Below, in pieces: positions 36,861-47,866 of a DNA stretch of 64,000 nt. The translations under genes and the position numbers were made by a program. The notes beneath the pieces were generated by a model. That model had not been told where the DNA came from, did not search any database, and saw only the letters and a program-made list of their open reading frames with translations. Position 1 is the first letter of the stretch. Every line of letters starts with the position of its first letter. Where the stretch lies: the NCBI GenBank assembly GCA_964106915.2, contig OZ066916.1; one strand, given 5' to 3'. The stretch is from Podarcis gaigeae. Lineage: Eukaryota.

Positions 36861-37118
36861 GAGAAGAAGAAGAGGAGGAGGAGGAGTTTGGATTTGATAT
36901 CCAGCTTTATCACTACCCAAAGGAGTCTCAAAGTGGCTAACATTCTCCCTTCCTTCCCCACAACAAACACTCTGTGAGGTGAGCGGGGCTGAGAGACTTC
37001 AGAGAAGTGTGACTAGCCCAAGGTCACCCAGCAGCTGCATGTGGAGGAGCGGAGCCGCGAACCCGGTTCCCCAGATTACAAATCTACTGCTCTTAACCAC
37101 TACACCACATTGGCTCTC
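36861..37118 (-). mobile_element. tRNA-derived SINE (Squam3-like)
   Basis: Near-identical to 17503-17759; intact GGTTCGCG box B on the minus strand; AGAGAA at both junctions. Confidence 0.88.
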
Positions 37119-37301
37119 AGAGAACTCCTTCAAACAGAGGACTGATAAGTAGGACAATGTGGCCACCCTACAAATGTGTGTAATAGGGGAGGGAGTTAAA
37201 ATCCTAAAGTAATTTCAGTATCCTAAAGTTGTAAAACGCCAGAGGTGCAGAGAAACAACAGTTGCCTTTTTGTTGGATGATAGATTGCTTATCTTGATCT
37301 A

Positions 37302-37867
37302 GGTAGAAAAAAAGGTGAAGGGCCCCTGGACGGTTAAGTCCAGTCAAAGGCGACTGGGGTTGAAGTGCTCATCTTGCTTTCAGGACGAGGGAGCTGGCGT
37401 TTGTCCACAGTTTTTCTGGGTCATGTGGTCAGCATGACTAAACCCCTTCTGGTGCAACGGAACATTGTGATGAGTGCCAGAGCGCATGGAAACACCATTT
37501 ACCTTGCCGCCACAGCAGTACCTATTTACAGTGAGGGGGGAAAGTATTTGATCCCCTGCTAAATAAATGGGTTTCTGGGGTTTTTCCTGTTATTATTCTG
37601 TCTCTCACAGCTACAATAAACCTACCATTAAAATTATGGACTGGTCATTTCTTCGTCAGAAGGCAAACGGGCAAATTTAGCAGGGGATTCAAATACTCCC
37701 CCCCCACACTGTATCTACTTGCACTGGCATGCTTTCAAACTGCTAGGTTGGCAGGAGCTGGCAGAGAGCAACAGGAGATAACTCCATCGCAGAGATTCAA
37801 ACCACCAAACTTCTGATCAGCAAGCCCAAGAGGCTCAGTGGTTTAGACCACATCTCCACCCGTAACA
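37302..37867 (-). mobile_element. Sauria SINE with nested Tc1 MITE
   Basis: Homologous to 13038-13392; 8-bp TSD TTGATCTA at 37294-37301 and 37868-37875. Confidence 0.9.
37529..37711. mobile_element. Tc1-derived MITE (183 bp)
   Basis: TIRs CAGTGAGGGGGGAAAGTATTTGATCCCCTGCTAAAT / ATTTAGCAGGGGATTCAAATACTCCCCCCCCACACTG; TA TSD; excision restores the SINE sequence CCTATTTATCTACTTGCA. Confidence 0.92.
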
Positions 37868-38666
37868 TTGATCTACAAGTTTCCAGTAATGTATATATGT
37901 AAATATACCAGTATATTTATCAGGGTCTTGGACTGGCTGTGGGCTCCTGTCAAGTGTCTCTAGGTCTGCAGCTGTAGAGCTCTTAAAAGAATAATTTTGT
38001 GTACAGGAGATTCAAAAACTCCAGAATCTTGCCAGACATAGAGGTTCTCTTGTAGGTAGATTTATGCATTTGCAATTTTCACATTAATTAGACACATAGC
38101 TGCAGACAAGGATGTAAGTGGAGAAAGCGTTGCCATAATTTTAACAGAACCAGTCTTCAAGTGTGAGAAATAGAAGGATTTTAGTCTAAAAATAAAGTTC
38201 TCCAAATTTATCCCATAGCTATGTTTGGTAAATTCGGTTTTTGAATATGCCTGTGTCTGGTTTTGTGTTTTTATAATTCTTAGGTTGTAAAAAAAAAGCA
38301 CCATGTTGTAGTTGGTTGAAATATGATAGTAGTGAATTAAACTACACAAGTATGCCAGTGTACCCCCTCCCCCTTTCACAACAACAAGCCCTTGAGACTA
38401 TGAACATTCATTTGATTTTTCTGATCTTAGATGTTGTGTCATCTTTGATAATTCACCACAGCAGATCAAGCTTTACTGTCGTATGCACTGAAAATATCAC
38501 ATTAACGAGGCCTTTAAAGACTCACAGGTTTCAAAAAGACACATGTGAATCGCTAACAAATCTTATGCACTATGCTTGGGGGGGAGAGTGCTTTTACATG
38601 TTTCTAAGAGATGTTTTTTTTTTAAATTTTTGAAAGGTTTATACCTACATGCTAAACATGGCATTT

Positions 38667-39029
38667 AAAAGGTAAAAGACCCCTGGCAGTTAAGTCCAGT
38701 TGCGAACGACTCTGGGGTTGCGGTGCTCATCTCACTTTACTGGCCGAGGGAGCTGACGTTTATCCCCAGACAGTTTTTCCCGGGTCATGTGGCCAGCATG
38801 ACTAAGCTGCTTCTGGCGAACCAGAGCAGTGCATGGAAACGCCATTTACCTTCCCGCCGGAGCAGTACCTATTTATCTACTTGCATGTTGATGTGCTTTC
38901 AAACTGCTAGGTTGGCAGGAGCTGGGACTGAGCAATGGGAGCTCACACCATCTTGGGGATTTGAACTGCTGACCTTCTGATTGGCAAGCCCTAGGCTCAG
39001 TGGTTTGGACCACAGAGCCACCCGCGTCC
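38667..39029 (-). mobile_element. Sauria SINE, full length
   Basis: Minus strand starts GGACGCGGGTGGC; body colinear with 13038-13392. Confidence 0.92.
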
Positions 39030-39062
39030 GATAACCCAGATAACAGCATATTTGACCTATGG

Positions 39063-39199
39063 CAGCCTTTCCAATTTTGAATCCCTGAGATGGTTTGAAC
39101 TACAACTTCTGTCAGCTCCAGACAGCATGGCAGTATTGGCTAGAGCTGATGTGAATTGTAGTCCAAAACAATCGGGTTGGGCCTGGTTGGTGAAGCCTG
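39063..39199. mobile_element. Degenerate hAT-type palindromic MITE
   Basis: ACTACAACTTC ... GAATTGTAGT internal palindrome as in 16781 and 45675. Confidence 0.6.
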
Positions 39200-39768
39200 G
39201 CCAATAGTATAAACACTGCCCTGCATAGGATGCCATTTTTTAGGATGAGGGGGATTCTTTGAGTCACGTCCCATTGTTGTGAAGAGACCCAACTACTTTT
39301 AAAGCTTTGATTGTTGCACTGTTGGATAAGAATGGAAGTGAATGGACTATTGGCTGCAGTAGGATGTTGTTTGTTTCAAGCATCTGGTGCATAGCATGGA
39401 TCATAACTGCAAAATGGTTTTGGCTATAGTGGCTAAGATTATTATTTTTTAAGAGTTTCCAAGAGTTGAGATTGCTTGATCAAAGCAAACCTCTGCAAGG
39501 AAGCTCCACTTCAAGCTGTTTAAAATAAACATTACAAAACCCAGATCAAAGCAAGCTCTTTTCAGAAACCTCCAATTAGGGCTGCTACTGAATTCCTCCT
39601 ACAACCTACAGCAGATTGTTTTATTTTTGAGTGGGAGAGTTCACCCAAATCCACATTGACTCTGGAAGATTTGGATCACTGAAAGCTGTTGCAGTCGCTG
39701 AGCCTAATGTGGAGAGCAATGCTGAGGGCAGGAGAGTGCTGCGGTCTTCTGGGTGCTCTAGGACCCCA

Positions 39769-40112
39769 TGTTAGATAAATTCAGCTCCGGTCCTCCGAGC
39801 TGATACGGCCCATCTTGGCTTGAGCCCAGCAGAGTATAACCCAGAGTCCGCAACAGAAGGATGAGGCAGGTATGGCTACATTGCTAAGCTTTATTACTAA
39901 GCTATGCTGAGAGCATACAAATATACATCTTGTCTCTGTGAGAAGCAGAGAGCAACTCCAACAAGGAAACGACAGTACAAAGGAAACAGGAAACCAGTAA
40001 ACGTCACATCCCGTCTCCCTTTCCCGTGGGAATCCAACAGTATGGACTGTGGAATGAAAACAGAGTCCTGTGACTACCAGCAGCTGCTCAGTGAGGGAAA
40101 CAGAAACCAACA
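39769..40112 (-). mobile_element. Solo LTR (344 bp)
   Basis: TGTT...AACA termini; CCCCA/TCCCA 5-bp flanks (4/5); AATAAA on the minus strand near 39890. Confidence 0.7.
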
Positions 40113-40959
40113 TCCCAGCTACCATCTGGAGGGCTGCAGATTCCTCACCAATGGCTTGGCCCTGGAAAGATATTGCATTCCCTATTCCACAGGTTGGGAA
40201 AGCTAAACTAAAGCTCCAGCTTTGTGGAGGAGAGAGTTGTACATTCCATGAGCACAAGTTGAGTTCTGCAGTGGGCAAAGCTGCTTCTCGAAGGCTGGAA
40301 GGAATTCCAGCAGGTGCTGTTTCATGCGACAAATGATTGAGAGAAGCATCTAACACACAGCATGAGCAGAATCTGAAGCGGAGACTGCAGCCAAATCTGA
40401 AGTGTTCCTAGCTATATTAATGAGATGCAAACATGTCTGGAGAAACACTGTATAGCTTTAGTAAGTTGACATTTAGGAATCGCAGTTTAAAAGACACTAC
40501 TGAGCTCGTCTAGGAAAGTGCTTTGGTATTTTGTTGGTTTTGCTTCCACTGGGAAAATTACTGTATTTCTACTGTTCTATAAATACTTTTCACATCACTT
40601 AATTTGGCCAGGTTCAAAGCAGACTGCCACTTTAGGCAGATGAATCACTTCAACCAGATCCAGCCCTTAATTGTAATTAAATTGCATGTCTGTTCCTCCA
40701 GATTAGTAACCACATATTGGTATTCCATAGCACTCACCATCAATATCTCTAGAGTAGTACACAGTACAATAATAAATACATATTTTATGGGTTGATAGCA
40801 TCTTTATGTTTTGCTTTCGTCAGTCAGAAGTATATAAAAGTATGGTCCGGACTTGAAGTTTATAGCTGCTCCAAAGATCACTATTAGGTTACCAGTGTTG
40901 CTTTCATCACAACTACATTCCTAGGATCATTTCCAGTTGTGAACCAAAAGAAGGATTAG

Positions 40960-41271
40960 GTAAAGGTAAAGGTACCCCTTGCCAGACTCTAGGGTTGTGC
41001 GCTCATCTCGCTCTAGAGGCCGGGAGCCAGTGCTGTCCACAGACACGTCCGGGTCACGTGGCCAGCGTGACAAGCTGCATCTGGCTAGCCAGCACAGCAC
41101 ACGGAAACGCCGTTTATCTACTTGCATCCGGGGGTGCTTTCGAACTGCTAGGTTGGCAGGCGCTGGGACCGAACGACGGGAGCGCATCCTGCCACGGGGA
41201 TTCGAACCGCCGACCATGCGATCGGCAAGTCCTAGGTGCTGAGGTTTTACCCACAGCACCACCCGCGTCCC
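40960..41271 (-). mobile_element. Sauria SINE, short CpG-rich variant
   Basis: GGGACGCGGGTGG head, (ACCTTT)n tail; perfect 14-bp TSD AAAAGAAGGATTAG at 40946-40959 and 41275-41288. Confidence 0.93.
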
Positions 41272-41499
41272 ATTAAAAGAAGGATTAGCATTGTGTTATA
41301 TACTTAAAGGCTGCTTTCGAATGTTGTGCTTTGATAGCCATTCACTCCAGAGAAACTAGTATAAAAATGAGCAACTGGAATGTTGGGTGGCAGCATCAAA
41401 ATGATAATGACATCAAAAGGCCTTGGTTCTGTTCAGTTTAGCTAAAATAAGGCATCTTAATGATACCATATCTTGGTACTTTACTTGAACCGAGGGCAC

Positions 41500-41898
41500 T
41501 ACAGGGGAGGCTTTGTTGGAAGTGCTGCCTGTGATTGCCATCAAGTTGGCATTGACCCGTGACAAGGCCTTCTCAGTGGTAGCTCCCCATTTGTGGAATG
41601 CTGTTTCTGGTGAGGTGCAGTTGTCTCACTCATTATCCAGTTTCAGGAGTAATTTAAGACATTCCTGTTATGCAAGGATTTGCATACTCAGAGATTCTGG
41701 CCATGGCTGCTTTGAAATTAGTAAATGAGAAGGGATATGATTGCTTTTAAATGTTTTTAGATTTTTTTTTAATTAAGGTGATTTTTAATTGTTTTAAATG
41801 TGTTTTTATTTGATTTTAAATTGCACTGTTCTAATATTTTGCTGTTTGCCACCCTGGGCTCCTTTGGGAGAAAGGGCAGGATACATACTTAATAAATA
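41500..41898 (+). mobile_element. L2 LINE 3' end
   Basis: Translation RDKAFSVVAPHLWNA..., T-rich 3' UTR, GCCACCCTGGG...AGGGCAGGATA stem and (AATA)n tail. Confidence 0.8.
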
Positions 41899-42148
41899 CA
41901 GTCATACCTTGGTAGTCGAACAGAATCCATTCCGGAAGCCGGTTCGACTTCCAAAACGTTCGAAAACCAAAGCGAGGCTACAGATTAGCTGAAGGAAGCT
42001 CCTGCAGCCAATCAGAAGCTGTGGAAGCCCCATCAGATGTTCGGCTTCCAAAAATAGTTTGCAAACCAGAATAGTCACTTCTGGGTTTGCAGCGTTCGGG
42101 AGCCAAAATGTTCAAGAATTAAGCTGCTTGAAAACCAAGGTACAACTT
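41899..42148 (+). mobile_element. Tc1/mariner (Tigger-like) MITE family B inserted in the L2 tail
   Basis: TA-CAGTCATACCTTGG ... CCAAGGTACAACT; AATAAATA resumes afterwards. Confidence 0.8.
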
Positions 42149-44391
42149 CAATAAATAATGTGTTTGGAATGGGAGTAGGACAAGAAATGAATGATCTGTC
42201 ACTTCAAAGCTATGCAAGATTATGGCTGATTCATTGTATATGGGGAAGCTACTTTTGCCACAGTTATTGTGAATTGTCAACTTCGTCTCTATAGTTCATG
42301 CTCTAATTTGCTGTCTGCTATCACTTGTTGATTGATTGCCACAATAAGATTGCCCTGTACACACAGTGCTGCCTTGCCAGTAATACCATGACTATAGTCA
42401 AAAGAATTGGCAGGCTCCAACTCTGGACAGAACACTGCTATCTTCAGATTGGCATTGTAGGTGAGGTATGGAACCAACCCTGTATTCCACTTTTATGTAC
42501 TTACGCTAAGAAAGGACAGGTGGCATTTAAATCATTCCTGCATTAGAAAGTGTTTTACCTTTCCAACTTTGCTTGAAGGTTATTTGAGCAGGGGCATATT
42601 ACATACGGAACTACCGTATTCAGGAAAAATATAAAGAAAAGTGGTGCCACAGGAAAATCAAGGCACTGGTTGCCGTGAAAAGAAAGGTGTAACCCCCAAA
42701 TATCCCCCTCAAATAAACCCGAGACAGTATGTGCCTAGACAAAAATTTCATAGACAAAAATTTCATAGACAAAAAATTCCGGTATGCAGAAGCCTATAGC
42801 CTTTATTTTTTTTAAAAAAAAATACCTGCAGAGTTTTAATTTAGTTTTCATAACCCCTGAAAAGCAAGCTGCTTTTCATTTTTAATATACAACATCAGGT
42901 ATGCATGCAGTCACTGTAGAAACGTCTTAGAAACATCTGGCTGTACACAGGGTTCTCCTGCAGGTCTCCATACAGGGCTGTATTCAACTACCATATCCCA
43001 TCAACACACGGATTTCCACTTGCACTGTGAGACTTTTCCCATTCTGGCCCCACCCTCCACCCCTACATTGTGTGTGGCTAACACACATGGGGGAGAGGGC
43101 AAACATTCTGTTGCATAAGCAGAAATCCTTGTCTTAATTGAATGTTCAGGCAGCAGCGCCTGGTTTTCAGCCCCCAGCTTTGTTGGATCATGGCTTTTAG
43201 TTCTGAATCCAAAAGATACTATGAAAAATGTTACAACTTGATTTGAAAAAGAACTTGTACGGCACTTTTGAACACTACAAATTCTGTACTGCAGAACAAA
43301 TTGGATTTGAACATCTGCATGCAAGAAATAACCAGGCACAGTAATAATAATTCAGGTCTGAATTCTAAGCCATCCCAATTCCCATGCTGCTGTGATCCCT
43401 TAATTAGTGCAAAATGCATGCAAAATAATGGCCCCTACTAATTCCAGGAGGAGTTAAAAAATTCAGAAGGAAATCTGTTTACTACCTAACTGGAATTTAG
43501 AGCTGAGTTTTCTGTGACAAGGGGGAATCAGAGCATTACTCAAATTTTGGTATCAAATGATATCAGTAATTGGTTGTGAATAAACTTCTTTGCACTAGAT
43601 TAGTGTGGGCTCTTCTCCCTTCCTCCCATTTCTTTATTTTTTTGAAATTATATTGATCATATCTGAAAAGAAGATTCTTTGAACTGTAAGAAATACACCC
43701 ATTAGTCTGAAGAAACACATCCCCTTGTCCACTTTGTACCTTAGATCACATGAAACAATGTTCAGAAAAATTCTTCTAACCCGAACATTTACACCATGCT
43801 TGTCAGTAAAGGAAGGAAGTAGCTAATAAAATAGGAAGTGACTGCCAACACCCCCTAGATAACACTGGGATGACCTGGAATTGGAAGGCCTACATCTTGT
43901 GTTCAGTGTTTGAAACTATTTCCCCTTCCGGCTGGTGCAGCTTTTCTAATATAACTTTGTGACTGACACTAATGAAACTATAGCATTTTCCGATAAGGCT
44001 TATATTTCACATACAGGTACAAGAAGTAATTTCCTGATCTAATTCCTTAATGAGCCTAAGTGTTGGGTGTTAGCCTCCCTGCATCTGTAAAGTTCCTATT
44101 TTCAATTAGGTTGGAGAACAATATTAAATGATTCAGCTACATTATAGGTTTTTGTCCAGCACTTTATAGTAGCTTGAAATTTCTCTGACAGTACAACAGA
44201 GAGGTCTTAAAGTTCACTTTTTTCCCCTACCGGGGGAAGCCTAATGTATTAAGCCTAATGTATTTAAGCTGCCTAGATGGCATTTTTTGCTGGCATTTAC
44301 ATCTGAAGAAAGATCACTTCCCCTATCAGGTGGGAAACAGTTGCAGCCTGGCACAGCTCTTGAGGGTGGCAGAGAGGAGGGGAGCTGCTGC

Positions 44392-44870
44392 CAGGGGTGG
44401 AGGACGTGCGTGCGGTGGGCGCGGTGTGCCCCAGGTGTCAGCACTGAGGGGGGTGACAAAATGCCTGGCGGCACTCACCGTGGGGCCTGCAGCATGCCCA
44501 AGCCACATGTCTCTCCTGAGAGTGATGCAGTGGCTTGGGCACCCACAGGCTCCACACTGCCCCAAACGGTCCACCCGCCGCCTCCCTCTCATCTGTCTCA
44601 GCTGATCTGTCCCTCATCTCCCCCTCGGCTGAGTGGGAGGAGGCAGGCGGACTCATTGGAGGCCCTGCAGAGTGTCCTGCCCCAGCTGGCCCCGCCCCGT
44701 GGGCAGCTGGCCCTGCCCCAGCGGGCGGCTGGCACACGTGCCACCACAGGTGCCTAATCGGCTTGCTCCACCGCTGGCTGCTGCCCCCCCCCCTCTGTGA
44801 CTGGCCAGCATAGGCTGCCAAAGTTTAAATTTGAATCGGCCAATAGAGGCCTTCAAAGGGGGTGGGTCTT
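44392..44870. mobile_element. GC-rich non-autonomous DNA-transposon-like fragment
   Basis: Abrupt GC-rich block starting CAGGGGTGG with GGTGTCA...TGACA subterminal motifs; right end not defined. Confidence 0.45.
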
Positions 44871-45674
44871 CGATGGCAGACTGCTGTGGTGAAGTCTTCA
44901 CTCTGGTCTTCCTGTGGGGCTTAAAATCCAGCTGCGCTGACAACCGAGCAGCGGAGTCAGCGAGATCAACCTTCCTGCCCACCCTAATCTACAGTTCTGA
45001 AAGCACCACAATAAGCTGACCTTACTGATTTAATCGGTTACTGCATTCAGGGTCAGGAAGGAATTTGCCTGCAAACAAATTGTGTTTTTTGCCTTCCTTA
45101 TAGTAATCATCACAACTTTGGGTGTATAAAGCATTGGGTTGAATCCTTAGGCTCTTTCCAGGGAATGGGTGAACTGGTTTATCACCTCCTTCCCTCGACT
45201 AGGTGCGATATATCAGGGTACCCTGGTAAAGGGGTCTGGGTTGAAGTTCCTGTCCTGAAGTCAAGAGATGAGCGGATGGGCCACAGGACTTCCATTTGCC
45301 ACCTGGGGGAGGTTGACCTGTGTCTTCAGGTGATCCCTAACCTGGGCATGGCCCTGTTTAAAAACCTCAATGGGAGGCTATGTACCCAAAGCCTACCTGC
45401 ATCTGTAATCAAGTTGTGGCCAATTTAACTCCAGAATATTGTTGTGTCAATTCTTTGATCACCGCTTTGCCCCCCCCCCTCATCCCTGGATACACTGTGC
45501 CTGAGACCACAAACAGCCTTGTTCTTGTTTCAGAATGGCCTATCAATTGCATATCATAAACGGTCATTTACCCAAGGTAGACAGGTATAGTATGGCATTT
45601 GGGGAGAGGGAAGGAAGTGGGTCATATTAAGACAAGATGTACACCTGAAATGGCTAACCTGTGCCGCTCTAGAT

Positions 45675-45809
45675 CAGCCTTTCTCAACCTGTGGGTCCCC
45701 AGATGTTGGACTACAACTCTCATCACTCCTAGCTAGCAAGGCCAGAGCTCAGGGATGATGGGAGTTGTAGTCCAACAACATCTGGGGACCCACAGGTTGA
45801 GAACAACTG
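45675..45809. mobile_element. hAT (Charlie-like) palindromic MITE
   Basis: Long arms TTCTCAACCTGTGGGTCCCCAGATGTTG / CAACATCTGGGGACCCACAGGTTGAGAA; perfect 8-bp TSD CTCTAGAT. Confidence 0.92.
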
Positions 45810-46094
45810 CTCTAGATAATACTGGACTCCGACTCCCATCAACCCCAGTTGGCACGACTGACTTAGGTCGCTTCCAGATGACTTGTTTATTGAGCATTAA
45901 TCTTGATTTGTTTGTCCAAAGTTTGTGGATGACATCGGCTATTTTACTGAGCATTCATTCAGACTTGTTTGCAGGAAATTAATGTGGCATCAAACAACTT
46001 TCCACCTTTTCCAATGTACTTCCCCATCACTTTTCTTATCACAAAAAGTCTGGTTTGTAGGGGAAAGAGGTTTTGTTGAAGGAGGGCACCAAAT

Positions 46095-46600
46095 CAACTT
46101 TAATCGAACAACCTGAATTTACCCGTATGTGATTGAACCCCACCTGCAAATAGCTAGAGCCTAGAAGCGCCCTTAGACCAATTAAATTTGCGATGAATTG
46201 GGCGAGCATTAGCTTCACAAGATTAACCTCTCTCAATCTATTAATATACTAAAACCTTAGTACTCATTTCAATTCATTAATTTAAGCTTCAAGCACTGTC
46301 AGGTCTGCCTTGAAACATCAACATAAGAACCTGACAGTGGCAGTGTAATGTCATGGTTTTATTATGTTATTCTGGTTCAGATCTTTGCCATCCTATATCT
46401 CTCTCTTTCCCCCAATTTACCAGGCTTAGCGCTCATTCATATGCTACCAGAACAGAGAGCTTGCCCAATGATTACTATTTATATGGATTAATATTTGCAT
46501 TATTTCAAAGTAGTATTGTTTTCTGAAGGAAGCCTAATGTGCATTGAATAGCCAAACCACAAATGTCCATTTTGCATTCTGATTAATGCATCACATCAGT
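46095..46600. promoter_or_regulatory. Candidate conserved non-coding element / enhancer
   Basis: Repeat-free; paired TGACAG sites, GGATTA (46485), octamer ATTTGCAT (46493), many TAAT sites; conservation not tested. Confidence 0.45.
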
Positions 46601-46789
46601 ACATGGCCAAGTTTTTTTGTTTTTTGTTTATTGAATTTCTATCTTGTCCCCCCCCCCCTTTTTTAACCAAAACAGCACAGGGCAGCAAATAACAGATTAG
46701 CAAAATAATGCATAACTGCATAGTCTGATTTAACTTTAAACATTAGCAATTATCATGAAACTAGTGACACAGTTTGGCCTCTTTTTTAG

Positions 46790-47418
46790 CAATTGGCCAG
46801 TGTGAGCAGAGCTGTCTTTTCCATTTAGCTGAATGGTGCCATGCAGCAGTGAGTCCGCCACCCTCCGCCGACTCGGGAGTCTCCTTGGGTCTCCTCAGAG
46901 GAGGAGGAAGAGGCACCACGCCAAAAGCCCCACAGAGCAGTGTCTGCCGCTGGCCACAGGCAGGGAGAGGATGGGAAGGAGGCAGGCAAGCAAACAAGTG
47001 GAGGAGGGTGGGAAGGAGAGAAGCAAAAGCTCCTTCAACTCAGGACCCAAACCCTGGAACCCACAGGGTTAAAAAAAGTGATCCCCTGTGTGCTCCTGAT
47101 TTCGCTATGCTCCCAGTGCTTTGTCCCATTTGTCCCATTTCCGCCGCAGGGGCCGCTGTGAAAGCCTCTATTCCCTGCATCTGCGGCTGAGTGTGGGGAG
47201 GGCTGCGTACTGTTGGGTGAGCGTTTTTATTCAATCCCCCAGCCCCCAATAGCTCAACAACTTTGTGCTCTTTCCCCTAAGAGAAGCTTTAAAAAACTCT
47301 TGCTAATCCCTGCCATAAATAGCTCAACAACTGTTGGTCCTCCACCCTAAAAAAAGTTCAAAAACTCTGGTCAATCCTCCCCCCAAAAAGGCTCAACAAC
47401 TCTGGGTAGATCACTGCC
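46790..47418. mobile_element. Truncated GC-rich hAT-like element with GCTCAACAACT sub-repeats
   Basis: Three GCTCAACAACT units at about 47251, 47322 and 47391; boundaries approximate. Confidence 0.45.
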
Positions 47419-47802
47419 CTAGAATTATAGTATTGTAGAGTTGGAAGGGACCCTGCTGAATATCACCTTTTTACTTTGCTCTCAGTCCTCATTTGCCCTC
47501 CTTCTACTATGTAAGTTTGCATATCTCTCCCTCCCTCCCCCCCACAGTTGCCTCAGATGCTAGTCCTGCTCAGAGTAGACTCACTGAAATTAATTAAAAA
47601 TCCAAACATTAATTTCAAAGGATCTGCCCTAAGTAGGATTTAGTTGGATGTAGCCTGTTATTATGACCAAAGTATCTTACCCAAAAAGATATGCGCAGTT
47701 TACCTGAGTCCATTATTGTCAGGGTGGGGGGACTCATTTATATATAACTGCACAACCATATGGGACTAAATTGCATTATGTTGTAAGGAGCTTTTATTAA
47801 AT

Positions 47803-47866
47803 CTTAGAATTATAAAGTTGGAAGGAACCCAGGGGTCATCTAGTCCAACCTACTGCCATGCTTGGA
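47803..47866 (-). mobile_element. CR1 3' tail fragment
   Basis: AGTTGGAAGGAACCCAGGGGTCATCTAGTCCAACC; a shorter tail lies at about 47420-47455. Confidence 0.7.

Noticed and set aside
39781-40356. 191-aa minus-strand ORF
   Set aside because: Crosses the solo-LTR boundary, has a non-ATG start and no recognisable domain.
44241-45019. Cluster of overlapping ORFs on both strands
   Set aside because: Expected from stop-codon scarcity in a GC-rich repeat.
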